From the NCBI GenBank assembly GCA_963924565.1, contig OZ004614.1, positions 25,544,001-25,608,000 of the forward strand: DNA of 64,000 bases. Reading direction: 5' to 3'. The DNA is from Ascidiella aspersa (Eukaryota). Below, in pieces: positions 14,150 through 26,673 of this stretch (position 1 is the stretch's first letter; each line of letters starts with the position of its first letter). The notes under the pieces are model-generated. The model was not told where the DNA came from. It searched no databases and saw nothing but the letters and a program-made list of their open reading frames with translations. The translations under genes were made by a program, and so were the position numbers.

Positions 14150-14341
14150 ATTATATATTAGCTTATAATATGTGTAGTGCAAATAAGTGAATAAGCTTTG
14201 CACTTGATAATAAATTGCAAAGCCAAAAAGGTCGAGTAGATCGACATCATTTTTATTGAGACACGTACGAACTTGTATTATCTTCAGTAAATAACATTTT
14301 ACTCGATATATTTGGCTTGTCACACTAACTGAAGATGATAC
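14150..14341 (-). mobile_element. Penelope-like pseudo-LTR fragment, same family as the 7318 and 62.7 kb copies
   Basis: Minus strand reads CTGAAGATAATACAAGTTCGTA..GATGTCGATCTACTCGACCTTTTTGGCTTTGCAATTTA, with the GAAA deleted. A short inverted copy CTGAAGATGATACA is at about 14329-14342 (+). Confidence 0.45.
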
Positions 14342-15289
14342 AGGCCCTTATGATGCCCTTACTTTTCAAGACCACAAAATTTACTACATTGTTGGCCTGC
14401 AGTGCACACATATGGATTCTAAAGGTGCGAAATTCAGATGAACAAGATAAAAAACAAAATTAAAGTTGTATTGTACTACTTTCTCTAAACCCGCAAAGGG
14501 TTTTTAAAAGAATACCTAACAGCTAGTGGAAGAAACGGCTGAGGAGCCAAATTACCAAGAAACCACACACAAATGTAAAACGAGCATATATTGCCGATCT
14601 GTACACTATTGAAAATGCTGTCTGTATAAAACGATAGAAGTAACTTAAACTAACAAATAAAAGCTACACTTGTGTTAGCAAAACGTGAAAAAATATTTTA
14701 CTGTACGTCACAGCACTACAGCGCTAACTTGGGCTTCTGGGAAACAAACACTAGACAAAAACTGCAACTTTTTGATCGTAAATTAAGTCCAAAATTAAAA
14801 AAAACGATAAGAGTTTATTCTAATTGCTGCGTTTTCAAAGCTATACAAAATCTGCTTTCAGAGCTTCTTTTAACTTCAGCGTAAAGTTTGTTTTTGCTGA
14901 AAGTTCCTAATCCTAAAATAGTCGCCTCACCACGCCGATAAGCCCTTGAAAAAGCTCGTAATAATTAACAGCATCAAGCTCATACATAACGCTCAATTAC
15001 AAAGGGGAGTCGCCACCCAAAGCACGTGGCAATAGCAAGCAGACGATATCGATCAACACGAAATTACACCAAGTGTGGCGAAAGCTGGGCGACAGGTCTG
15101 TCCTTGGTTCGCCTGGGCGTAAACAAACAGAGGGAAGGACGGGCTCGAAGTGGTCCGACTCACGGGTGTCGTTAATTAACGACGCTGACACTGTAATGTG
15201 GGTGTCAGGGGCTTTCAACAGGGACTTGAAGTTTCGGTATGTTCGACTCTTTTGTCTCGGCTTTCTTAAGTTTGTGTCGCTAGGATCAA

Positions 15290-15800
15290 GAAAAATAAAT
15301 AAAACGACGAGTTTGAGGTTAAACTGAGGTTGTTGGCTGATTGGCCGTCGCGCCCAATTTTTGCTGATTTTTTTGCGCGTAAAAGACTAGTAGAGTTCAA
15401 CCGTATTTCTTTGTTTACATTTACTTGTAAAAGTATCAGTATGTGATTGTTTTGCCTGTAAACACCATTGATCGAGGTAATCGTATTTTTTGTTGTTTTT
15501 CTAATGAAGTGTTCGCGCTGGAAAGATTCAGAATAATGTGGGTGTGAGATGCTTTTCAACACGCGGCCTTGCGTTTTTGTATGCTCGGGAAAACATATAA
15601 AAAAAACGGGAAACATAAATAAAATAAAAAGTTCGAGGTTAAACTGAGGTTGTTAGCTGATTGGTCGTTGCGGCTAATTTTTGAGGATTTTTTTTAATGT
15701 AGTTTTTTCGTTTACAATTACATTTACATATAAGAGTATCAGAATGTGGTTGCTTTTAAAGCCTGTAAACATATTTGATAGAACTTAATCGTTTTTTTTT
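15290..15800. repeat. Local direct duplication of about 190 bp (15290-15490 and 15615-15800)
   Basis: AAATAAA..AGTT.GAGGTTAAACTGAGGTTGTT.GCTGATTGG and AGTATCAG.ATGTG.TTG..GCCTGTAAACA are each repeated. Confidence 0.8.
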
Positions 15801-15814
15801 CTTTTTTATAAATG

Positions 15815-15979
15815 TTTTTTTTACTCTTGTATGTAAGTACACCTAAAGCCATCGCACAGAAACCGAATCTGTCGATCAATGATGCAAGCAATGCAAACTA
15901 GAGAACAACAGGCCTGCGGTGAGGTTCGAACTCACGACCTCCGGTCATACTGTAGCTCTACCAACTGAGCTGCACAGAC
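15815..15979 (-). mobile_element. tRNA-derived SINE or tRNA pseudogene (head at 15911-15979)
   Basis: GTCTGTG-CA-GCTC-AGTTGGTA-GAGC...GTGAG-TTCGAAC-CTCAC-CGCAGGC. Acceptor, D and T stems pair and the A and B boxes are intact. Only 19 nt lie between the D and T stems, so there is no proper anticodon arm. An unrelated body and an A-rich tail follow. Confidence 0.7.
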
Positions 15980-16551
15980 TCGGAAAAACAAGCATACGCC
16001 AATGCTTTCTCAATCTATTAGTACAAGCAACTTCACATTGAAGGGGATCTACACCACTATATCATTATTGGGGGCTAGATTACAGTTGTTAACACACATG
16101 TATGTGCATTTTTCATTCTTATATGTAATTTCGAGCCAACAGCTTTGCAAAACAGTCAAACAACCGCAACACAGCAAACTGCTAAAAAATCCAAGGAAAC
16201 TACAGATTTTCTTTTCAGAGCTATATAGATAGTAGATTTTGCGTGAAATAGACTGGGTAACCTTTAAGAAGATTACAAATATTTCCCCTTATCTGAAGAA
16301 CCTCTAGCGACCAGCGCCATCTTTACAAAACGCCAAAGTAAAAGTCTATGCATAATGTACTATGTAGAAAAATGCTTTAGACAGATTGCGTCAAAATAGG
16401 AGAAACCACTTACAGGTTACCCTTCGGACAATTTCAATCAATTCATTTAATCTAAAACCCTAAAGAGTTGAAAAAATCATGCATTTTCTTATATAGAGAA
16501 ATGCGAAATTTTAGAATATTTTTATTTGGACCCTTGATTCAAATGAGTTAC

Positions 16552-17270
16552 CTTTCGTCAGATTTCAAATCGTCTTCTTCGTCGGAGAACCTCAAGTAAT
16601 CCTTAGCATCTCGCATCCCAGCAAACCTGGATTCAAAACACGGTACAGAACTCCCATTCCTAACCCTGGAAAGTCGGATCTTGACTCGCATATCGAGAAC
16701 AAACAGCTCATTATCCTCATTTTCCGGCGAATCCTCTTTATCACGACTTCTAGGAAGTGTACGCGACTTAAACTGTTTCTTAGATCCACTTGGCTCAACT
16801 TTCTGCTCCTCTAGGGGCCTTAGGGCGCCGGGTAAGGCCCCAGTTGTTCTTCTCAGGGGTGTAGGGGCCAGTGGGATGGGAGGGGAGCTGTAGGAACGGA
16901 GCCGGGGTCGCAACGGGGATTCCCCAGGCTCAAAGATCCGTCTTAGCTTTGCGAGGCGACTTTCTTTCGGTTCGCCGTTATCTGATTTCTTCAGCGGTAA
17001 AATACTTTTCTCTGAGCTTAGGCTTGACAAAGAGCGACCGCGCAGCAGTTTGGCCTTTATGCTGGCCAAGTTTGGGCTTCGTACGCCTATTCTGGGCCCG
17101 GTCGCCTGCTCCGGGGATCGAACCAGCAACCCTCGGTTCCGCGCGTCCACAAAGCTCGATGAGTTGGTGAGACGACGGCGCGAGCTAAAAATGGAGTTGC
17201 ACGTGTCCGCGGAACTGCGGAGATCCTCGCGGAAACGCTCTCGAGCGCCAGCTCGCGGTAAAGTGGCCAT
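16552..17270 (-). CDS. Large Ser/Arg/Pro-rich coding exon (239 aa + 2 nt), probable alternative PDZ-less first exon of the Shroom-like gene
   Basis: Longest ORF in the window and clearly GC-rich against its flanks. An in-frame TAG lies upstream at 17322-17324. The ORF's stop lies inside an AAAG|GTAACT donor in phase 2. Confidence 0.75.
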
Positions 17271-18169
17271 GGACTTCTTTGTGTCGGAATTTTTTTTGTT
17301 GTTTATTGTTGATACAACTCCCTATTGCTATGCAGATTTTTAAAATAAGTCAATCTCTTGGAGAAAATCAGAACAAAAAATTAAATTGAGCAGAATACAC
17401 TTTGATAAAAGAACATAACAAATGCCACAAAACAATATTAAATCCCCGCAAACATATAACATCTGTGTTTCTTCTCATATTATACACATGCTTGCATAGG
17501 AAGATGGCATGATGCAAGGCTCATGACACGGTATACGCTATGGGTAGAAACACAAGCGTCAGTTCTCAAAAAATATTTGATGGCCTATCTTACACAATAC
17601 ACATATTTGGCGTCTCTAACCTGTGACCACGATTTTCAACTATAACTGTAGAGTGCGTGAATGTATTTACATCCGGTATAACGATATAGAAGCTACAATT
17701 AATATGCTTTGAGTAACTTGACAAGATGGCCGAAACCATTTCAGCTGTCCCTGTGTCACTACTTTCTGGCTATCTTTTTCATAGTTATTTTTTTTAACCT
17801 TTCATTAAAAATCTCGTCGTTCCTGCTCACACTGCTTTTACAGTCACGTTAAAGCCACAATTATTGCGACCACAACAAATCGCAGCACAACAAAGCTATA
17901 GCTCGGCAGTCGAGATGCTTATTACAAATCAGGTATTACGTAAGGCTTTTGTCGTATAAGGGCCTGTCTTTGACGACCGAGGGATCGTAATTGACAAATA
18001 ATTAGTTTTATCTGATATTAGCACAAAATAGAAATAATTAAGATATTCTGCTTTACGAAGAAAGAAGGCGTACTTTCAGGGGTAACACTAAGCAAGAAAG
18101 TTGAAATAAGTTATCAATTTTGGTAAGTAACATTTTTATTACTTTCTTAATACCTCCAAAAACCCAACG

Positions 18170-18360
18170 ACTAACACGAAGCCCATATCAATTAGAAATG
18201 ACGTAATAAGAATAACAAAGCCCACACACAAGTAGGTATCATTTTGAACGTTCCGAATTACTCTTTGTTTTCAACATTGAAACGTTCAAATTGCTACCTA
18301 CTTCTGTATGGGCTTTAATATTTGTATTACGTCTTACTACAACCTCCTGCTATTAGGCTC
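18170..18360. repeat. Dispersed palindromic repeat family (AAAGCCCATACAGAAGTAGGTAGCATTTTGAACGTT / GGCTGGAGGTTGTAGTTAGACGTAG)
   Basis: Hairpin here between 18217-18252 and 18281-18316. Related copies at about 10520-10650, 11180-11420, 13020-13200, 20655-20790, 35095-35190, 39030-39210, 60570-60870 and 63720-64000. Confidence 0.8.
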
Positions 18361-21300
18361 CAAAATTAAAAATAAGTTTTGCTAGTTTAAGTAATAAAAA
18401 CGACTAGAAAATCCGAAATTTATGTTGGGCTCATGATTTTGCAGACATTTAAATTCAGGTGGCTTTAGGTTAGTTACTAGTTAAAAAGCAAACAAACTTT
18501 AAAAATTCCATTAAAAAATTAGATTTTATCAAATGAAACCAAAACTAGATGTTTTAAAGCACGAGCAACGTCATAAAATTTTTAGAGTCAACGTTATTGC
18601 TTTTAAGATGACGAAATGTCATCAACGTGCTACACAAACTATTACCAACAAATTACTAGAATGCCGAAACTCGCATCACGATTAGCCTTGATTAATTTTC
18701 GCATTGTTCGGGTTAAGGCAATTTGTTTAGTGTTTTGGTTTTACGTCGATAAACAACGCACACGCACACGCGTAATAAGCACAAGCCTAAAGACCAAAAA
18801 CAGCAATTACAGACAACAGGGCTAGGCACGCCCGGTATTGGCCAATCCGAAAATGATGTCATGGATTTGATCTGAGTGTAGCCACATATAGGAAAAGCGG
18901 AATGTAGTGAGCTACATTTGGAAGTATTGGCTTCTTTAGGAAAAACACAAATGACACAAATGAAGCGCTATTTTACAATGGAAGAGATTGGTCGTAAAGC
19001 TGCAATCAATTTCGCTTTTATAATGCGCCATAACAAAAAAACATTAGCCCAGATAGGAAAAGTCACATTGGAATTGATCTAGGGGTGTTCAAGTTTTAAA
19101 GTTAAAAAGACCATTTTCTTACCCAGCAGCAGAGTTTTAAAATACAATAACGACCACTTTTCATCAGTTTCTGATCAAGATATGAAAAAAACAGTTTTAC
19201 CAACGTAAATACAACAGTTACGTCATCGACAATTAACTAAGCTTTTAAGTTATAACTGGTTTAAACATTTATCCATTTGTATGTCTTCGCACATTTGGAG
19301 AAAACAGGTAAATCCAGAACGCGTACAGCAATCAGTGAGGCTACTTTCATTAAAAATCGACCTCCAAGACAATATTTTATCTGTTATCGTCAATAAACAG
19401 ATTAACAACACTTTGCAAAGCCAAGGCTGTCAAACCCCAAATAAGGTCAATAAAAGTTACCTGAAAATACCCAAATGCTAATTAAAATACTGAAGCTGGT
19501 TTAGATCATCTTATCAAAGAAGCGTCCTTACATTAAAATAACCGCCTACTTTCACGTATCTGCCAGGTAAGCCTTTAATTAACAACGTCTGTAAGCTACC
19601 AGGAATCACAGCGCCAATTGAAATGGAAAGACATGCTTGTATAGGAAGATGGCATGCTGCAAGGCTCATGACCCGGTATATGCTGTGTGTAGAAGCACAA
19701 GCGTCAGCGCTAATTAGCACCACACATGCGTATTTCTCAGCCTACGCACTTCCTAAAAAAACAATGCCAACTCGATACATCACCTTTCAATCACATACCG
19801 ATAACCGATATTTTAGACAAAAGGTATCGCGACTCGATCTTATAACTATGACGTCATTACTAAGCCTAAAACAAAATGAATCAACTAGATTTTAAAGATA
19901 GTTTTCCAGGTTATTTGCCAAAATTCGCTTTAACGTGAAGAAGTTTCATTCCAATCAGTTGTTAACCTTTTATTTTTTGATGTATTTACCTTTAACGGTA
20001 TATGCTGTGTGTGGAAAAACACCCGTCAGCGCTAATTAGCACAACACACTTTCAACCTACGCGCTTCCTACTTTAAATGACCGTATGACGGTCGTGGCAC
20101 ATGCCAGGGCGGTTTTGTAAAGGGGGTCGCGTTTTGCAGGGGTAAAAACGGGTGTACTCTCTATATCTGCAACTGCTTTCTTTTCTTGGCCTTACTTCTA
20201 TAACAGACGCTTAAAAATATAGATGTTTTATAGGTTTCAACTTGTTTACCAGCTACTGATGCTTTACCCCCTTTTTGCATATTTTTTTCGTGCCATTGAA
20301 ACCGAATATATATACTACATTTATAGGTCAACGAAATAAAAAAGGCCTTTATCTAAAGGGACTATATAAGCTGGGCAAAAACTCTAAAAACACAATGACA
20401 ACTAAGCAGAATTTGTAAATGTTGGCTGATTTGCAAAATTGTGTCTTGTGGTATAATTTGTCACTACACGTTTTTTGTTGGTATGCTGCGTATTTATAAA
20501 CGCGCCTGTCGCGACTTTTCAGTCACATGCTTGAACTCATTTCGCTGCATTGCGACTGTCAATGGTTCGCCTTGAAAACATGTATTACAGCGTTATTTCA
20601 TGTCCATTGTAAACTTGAAAAAAAGTACACAAACTTGTAAATTTTGGAGCTAATGACTGGCGGTCGTAGTAAAATGTAGTAAGAATATCAAAGTCCATGC
20701 AGAAGTAGATATCATTTTAAAAGTTTCGAATATGCCTATTCAAAATGATACCTACTTCTATATGGGCTTTGATATTCTTACAAAGTTATAAAATGTTTTG
20801 ATAAAACAACCGCATACCGCATTAAAATCGCTGTTGTATTGTTATTAAAAATAAGGAACCATCATTGTATGAGAGCGTATCGCCTATCTGCATAATGTTT
20901 GTATTTAAGTGAGCGTTAAAAGCTCAGAGTGCTATTCACATTTGAATACGGTGATGTACCTAATCTTATTGTAAACCACCAATGACTGGTTACCGTTAGA
21001 CAAAATAGAAATGAAAATACAACTCGGTATGACTTTATAAACATTCTAACATGCCCACAAATGTGCATATTATGGTTGACCTTAATAAGCTTTCATATTC
21101 TCAACACTGTCCTTGGATTTTTTTTAAATGAAAAACTTTACAATATTGTTCTAAACAAAGTGCTAAAACATTCAGAGAACGGGGTTTCTTGGAACTGTCT
21201 ACCAGAATAGCAAAAGAATCACATTCGAAAAAATTGACCTTCTTTTAAGAGAACTAATGGTTTGAAATTCTTAGTAATACTGGTAAAGTTGTTACGGTCA

Positions 21301-21705
21301 TATCGTATAATATCTCTCTGTTAACAAACCGACTCGTCGATTGGAAGCATATTTGTCAAGTAAACTGCATACCTGTAACTTTTTTCGCTTAAGGTAGACT
21401 GAATGTGACACAATACATGCCTCAACAACAACTCAAAACGCAATAACATTCGACATGATTGACATGCCCCCAAAAATAGGCTATGCTATGTGTTAGATTT
21501 AGTGCTTAAAACTGCTATGTGTTAGATTTAGTGCTTAAAACTCATTTTAAACGCTAACCAGTCCACAGGGCTATTCCGAAATTGTGTGCACACAAAAAGG
21601 CACAAATAACAACTGCAGCGTAGTTAAATTCGTCAGTCGATCACCAAGGTCCGGTCTGATTTAATTATGGACAGCAGCCATACGGAAGTTAAGTAGTAAG
21701 CTCAC

Positions 21706-21773
21706 GCACACCGAGGACGGCTATAGAGTGGTCTGGTGACTGTACGCAAGCCATTCAGGTGCAGGTTCGCCAT
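21706..21773 (-). CDS. Weak candidate alternative first coding exon (MANLHLNGLRTVTRPLYSRPRC + GC)
   Basis: GC-rich island, 68-nt open frame, GC|GTGAGC donor in phase 2. CCAAT (about 21827-21835) and GGGCGG (about 21909-21914) lie upstream. Confidence 0.3.
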
Positions 21774-22964
21774 GCAGGCATACCGCTACACAGGAGATGA
21801 ATTGCTTTGACGGGGAGGGCTTGTATTGGCCAATACGGAAGCTGTGGGCAGACGGCGAAGGCCTTAAACGGTAAATTGCTTGCCAAGCTAGTTAGGAAAC
21901 AATTGCATAGGGCGGAGTGGGGATTCGATTTAAAAGTTGCACACGCTAGTTAATAGTTTCGTGGCTGGTTTAATTGAGTTTACCTCTATTTTTTGCCAGG
22001 CCTTTATTTTTTTGTTTCGTAGATTTTTCGATTTTTAGCAGCCTAATTTTTTTAGGTTTCTGGCATATTCAAAGTTAGGCATTTTATGAGATAAAAATAA
22101 AAATATATTTTGTCTAAACTGCCATTATCAGCCTTTCGAAAAATATAAAACAAATTCAAACATAAAAACTGGTTGGTAACAATCCAGTAAAAAAGTGAAA
22201 ATTGCAGCAGAACTAAAAGCAACATCAATGGGAATGAGTAAATTTGATAAAATTCAAAATAAAATAAAAAAGTCAACACGCGAAAAGCTAGAAGACGATT
22301 GTGATTTAAATCGTCCTAACTCGACTTGGAATATACATTTTACACGTGCTATAGTTTTCGCAACAACCGCGCATAACCTCAAATTACCCAGCACCTGTGG
22401 CCAATTTATTTTTTAGGGTGGGGCGTGGGTCATATGGGGGCAACAAAGGTAGATTGGATTCGGTGAATTAACCCTATAGAATCGGTAATCCACAAATTGA
22501 GGTGTGGAGCAATGAAGTGCTTCAAACAAAGCTGAAGGGAAATTGGTGTTCTCTCTTTTTATTGGCAGAACCACAACAATGTCAATATATTTTATTTATT
22601 TAGGTCAGTGATTGCTAACCTATATTAACCGCGTAAAACCTGATTCTTAAAGAAGCTGTTTGTCCCAAACGTATGTTACTTATGTTAGACAAAAAAAATC
22701 GCGATCTGATCAGATACTAATAAGTCTAATGACGCCAATACTAAGCTCAAACTAAGTAGAATAAATTAAAACGTTCAAATACTTTTTGGTTATTAGGCAC
22801 AAAATTCGCTTTAGCGTGAATACGTTTAAATAAACATCAGTTGTTAATCTACTATAATAATTTGATGAATTACATTTTAAGGTAGAGATTGCTGCATTAG
22901 GTGACAAGTCATGGTTCAAATATTTACATTAATTTAGTATAGGATCAGCACTGATACAACCCTA

Positions 22965-23310
22965 GTATCGGACGAGTACCGATATTACCACTTGGTATTG
23001 GGTAATGGGTATCGTCTCCGATCCGATATTATCGGACGTGTACCGATACTACCACTTAGCATCGTGTATCGGCTCCGATATTATCGGACGAGTACCGATA
23101 CTACCACTTAGCATCGTGTATCGGCTCCGATATTATCGGACAAGTACCGATACTACCACTTGGCATCGTGTATCGGCTCCGATCCTTTATTATCGGACGA
23201 GTACCAGTTCTACCACTTGGCATCGGGTATCGGCTCCGATCCGATATTATCGGACGAGTACCAGTTCTACCACTTGGAATCGGGTATCGGCTCCGATCCG
23301 ATATTATCAA
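22965..23310. repeat. Tandem array of 41-47 bp units derived from a hAT-MITE subterminal repeat
   Basis: About six copies of TATCGGACGAGTACCGATACTACCACTT(A/G)GCATCG(T/G)GTATCGGCTCCGAT. The same motif occurs at 8990-9075, 31705-31800 and inside the MITE at 63016-63439. Confidence 0.9.
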
Positions 23311-24396
23311 CATCCATACTTATGTCTATGAAATTTAAAAAACAACTAAATAAAAATTGCTTCCAGCGTTTAGACAAATATTTTGTATTACCAACTGGAT
23401 TAATGTGACAAACGTATCTACATATTATTACACTTGTGCTACATATATTTACACTTGTCTTTTTAAAAACCTTAGCTTGCGATAACTGACAGCAGCATTT
23501 TTGCAAATTCCAAGCGTCCAAAATCCTGAAAAAGTTTCGAAACGACCTGTTCAATGACGTCACAATGCAATGCATCGTTCAAATTTCGGGATGTCCAACG
23601 CACGTTTCTGCACGAATCGAAACGCGGCGGTCACGAAACGCCATTGTGACGCGATAATGGCTTAGGAAAGAAAAAAACACCAAGGACAATTTAAAGTCAA
23701 AAAGTGGCGTAAATGTCATGTACCTCAAAATGACCTTTGCATTGAACAATTCATTGACGGACAAACACTGTATCTTTTTTAGCAAAACCAAAACAAAATC
23801 GTGAAACCGAATTTGCTTCACGAGGCAACATATCAGTAATTAGAAATCGATCTTTGGTGCATCTAAAGACGTTTCTAAGGCGAACATAACGTCCGTATAC
23901 GTAAACTCATACGCAGGTTTCCATTCCTACCATACACGGCACACGTTTTAGCTACCAATGCATGCACTTTTGTCGTAAACTGCATACGAAGTTACGTGCA
24001 TATACTTGTACGTATAGTCTGTAAACTATCAAATTTGAAAAACACTTCCTGACTTCACAATAACATCCGGCTTTAGAAGTTGTATATACCTACAAGTCTA
24101 TACGTAGACAGGTTACACATGTAAACGCTTTACACAGATCATTAAATACAAAAAAAAGCTTCTTTATATATAAATACCCAAACTAAATAATTTTTACACT
24201 TGTGTATTACTCGCCCTTCTAAAAGCCGTATTGTCTAACTGTACAACACACATCGATCACATCGATAATACTTCGGGTGCCTTCGGCAAGGCTTAACGAG
24301 CTTACACAGACGTAAGCAGACTGCGGTAAATGCCAACTTTCCACCTTTGCTCGCTGCATCATCAGTCACAACCCTTGCCTTGAGTCTTTCGTTAAA

Positions 24397-24655
24397 TCGT
24401 GACAGTTTCGGTAATCGTGACAGTTTCAGTGATCGTGACATTTTCAGTGATCGTGCCAGTTTCGGGAATAGTTACAGACAGTTATTGGAATCGTAACACT
24501 TTCAGTAATGGAGACAGTTTATAGTAATCGTTACAGATTAAGTGATCGCAAAAGTTTCAGTGATCGTGACAGTTTTAGTGATCGCACAAGTTTCAGTGAT
24601 CGTGACAGTTTCAGTGATCGTGACAGTTTCAGTGACCGTGACAGTTTCAGTGATC
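24397..24655. repeat. 18-bp minisatellite (CAGTTTCAGTGATCGTGA)n
   Basis: About 14 imperfect units. It explains the spurious SFSDRD-repeat ORF. Confidence 0.9.
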
Positions 24656-25129
24656 CAGACAAAGAAAGGAATACTCAAGCCATAGACAAGACACTTTAAC
24701 GAGAAAATGTAAGGGTTTGGCTAAACTTAGTGCATCCAAACCTTATTTGGCTGACATCACCCCATAAACGAATCAAGAGCAGTTTGCGACAACCTTACTA
24801 GCATTTTCGCTCAGTGGTTAACTGTGATGTCACAATGTAAAAAAAAATATGCAAAAATATGCACGTTTTTGATATATTGTACTATAATGAAACACAAAAA
24901 AAGTTTCAAGATTGTCACCAATAGACCAAAAACTTGAAATTAAAAGGAAATTGAAATATCTCGCGGCACCTCTCAAGAGTCATCAGATGACTTTCTACAA
25001 GGTAACAAAATCTTGCTTCAACTAGTTCTACGATTTCCAGGCATACAGAAGAATCTTTAAAAACTTCGCAGCTTTTTTAGATGTATTTTCGCGCAATGAG
25101 TTAAAAAAGGCGGAAAAAGAAAGAAAGAA

Positions 25130-25530
25130 AAAAACGACATCAAAAAAGATACGCCATTTCTTGGTATGCTTATCCAAGCTTTGGCTTCGTTACTTGCAAC
25201 GTAAGGACGTGTTCATAAAGATCTTTAATATCGGTAACCTCGTTTTCATTTTCGCATCTATAGATATAAAATCGAGTACATAAGAGCACACAGTTTACCA
25301 GTTCGTTTTTTAAACGCGGTCCACTGACACCAAACAGTAGGTCAGCTGGTAAAAATGTAACATTTATGCGAAGTCAAACGGTAAACATCGTTACAGAATG
25401 AGTAAATAACGGGGCAAGATAGGAACATATGCTGCAAAATCTCGGGCGAGTTGTTACAAAAACAAGATTCACACGAATAACACGATTCTAGGATTTCAAA
25501 GACATATAATTGCACGTTTGTCATTATGCT
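25130..25530 (-). mobile_element. 3' end of an L1/Tx1-type non-LTR retrotransposon ORF2 (decayed)
   Basis: Translation CFCNNSPEILQHMFLSCPVIYSFCNDV resembles the zf-RVT CxxC..H..C motif. It continues as DLLFGV..ELVNCVLLCTRFYIYRC and ..KLDKHTKKWRIFF, typical of a Tx1/L1 C-terminus, with frameshifts. Confidence 0.75.
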
Positions 25531-26673
25531 TCTCTTTATAAGTTTTGTTGTTGTTGTTGTTTTTTTATTCACCAAACTAATAGAGAGTAAGAAAAAGTAA
25601 ATAAAGTAGGTAAAGGGTTGTGGCTCGATTCTTTCTTGGCCAACTAGGGTCCACCACGGAGGTAGGGTCCGAGTTAAAACTGCGCAGTCCTCTGACAACC
25701 TATCTCCACTAGGGAGCAGGTGCCGCTATAGACGAACGCTAAAGCTTTTACGCGAAAAGATGTTTTTTTCGCACGTTACACTATTAGGCTAACGTCCTAA
25801 TGACACCTAGCGGAAATATGTGATTGCAGCAAAAATATTTTTTATGTTGTTCCTGAAAAACTTTTGTTACTCGCTGATGGTGTCACGACAAAAGGTTTTC
25901 TTCCGTCATAAGAATGCCACCTGATTGTCATTGTATCAATAAAACTATATTTAGAAAAAACGTTATTGGCCACCAACCACGATAAAAGGTTAAGTGCCAT
26001 GTCGACGTTCTAGGAGACGCATCTTTTGTTTACATACTTACATAGAATATGGTGTGTGTTATGTTAAAGCAGGTAGATTTGAACAGGAATTTTTGTTTGT
26101 TTTTTGTGTTGAAAGTGTGTAGTTTGAACTGCCGAAAAACTTATCAAAGAAAGTTTCTCAAAAAATAACAAAAATAAACAAGATATGTACCGAAAATAAA
26201 TTTTCGGCCCATATAAATATTGACACAAAATCGCAGGTTCATCAACATTCTAATAATGTTGATGACATAGGTTTTATGTAGAAGAATGTCTCTTACATCA
26301 TTGGAAAGGTTTTGGTTCTGCCAATCAGAATAAATATACTTTCCTTGGACTTTTCAATGGCAATTCTTACAAGCAAGTCCTAATACAAAGTATTTTGATT
26401 ACTTAAATTGAAGGATTTCAATCCCAATTCCCCGAGTAAGGAATTTTTAAGGCATTCAATCGAAGAACTATTAACTCATAGCTACTACAAAGATCCTATT
26501 TTGTTTCCCTTTTAACAAACAAAGTATAATTTTTTTTTGTCTAAAATCGGAATTGAGAACACAGTAAAAATTGGAACACAGTAAAAATTCCAAAGCCCAT
26601 ATGTAGGAGAAGAACGGTAGCATTTTACATGAATCTCTTAATGCATTCTGAACATCATTGAGTTGCAACTAAC

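Noticed and set aside
14997-15260. GC-rich patch with a minus-strand GTGAGT donor at about 15163 as a further coding first exon
   Set aside because: I found no ATG-initiated frame reaching the donor in phase 2. It may be regulatory or non-coding.
15911-15979. Functional tRNA gene
   Set aside because: There is no anticodon stem-loop, and a SINE-like body and tail follow.
16592-17343. Overlapping ORFs in other frames and on the opposite strand of the 240-aa exon, and antisense ORFs over the GAMT and coiled-coil exons
   Set aside because: These are shadow ORFs caused by the higher GC content of real exons.
22965-23310. CRISPR-like appearance of regularly spaced, partly palindromic repeats
   Set aside because: Units are contiguous with no unique spacers, there are no cas genes, the context is eukaryotic, and the unit matches a MITE subterminal repeat.
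24235-24699. ORFs with SFSDRD or SRLPKL repeats
   Set aside because: These are translations of an 18-bp minisatellite with no splice or codon support.
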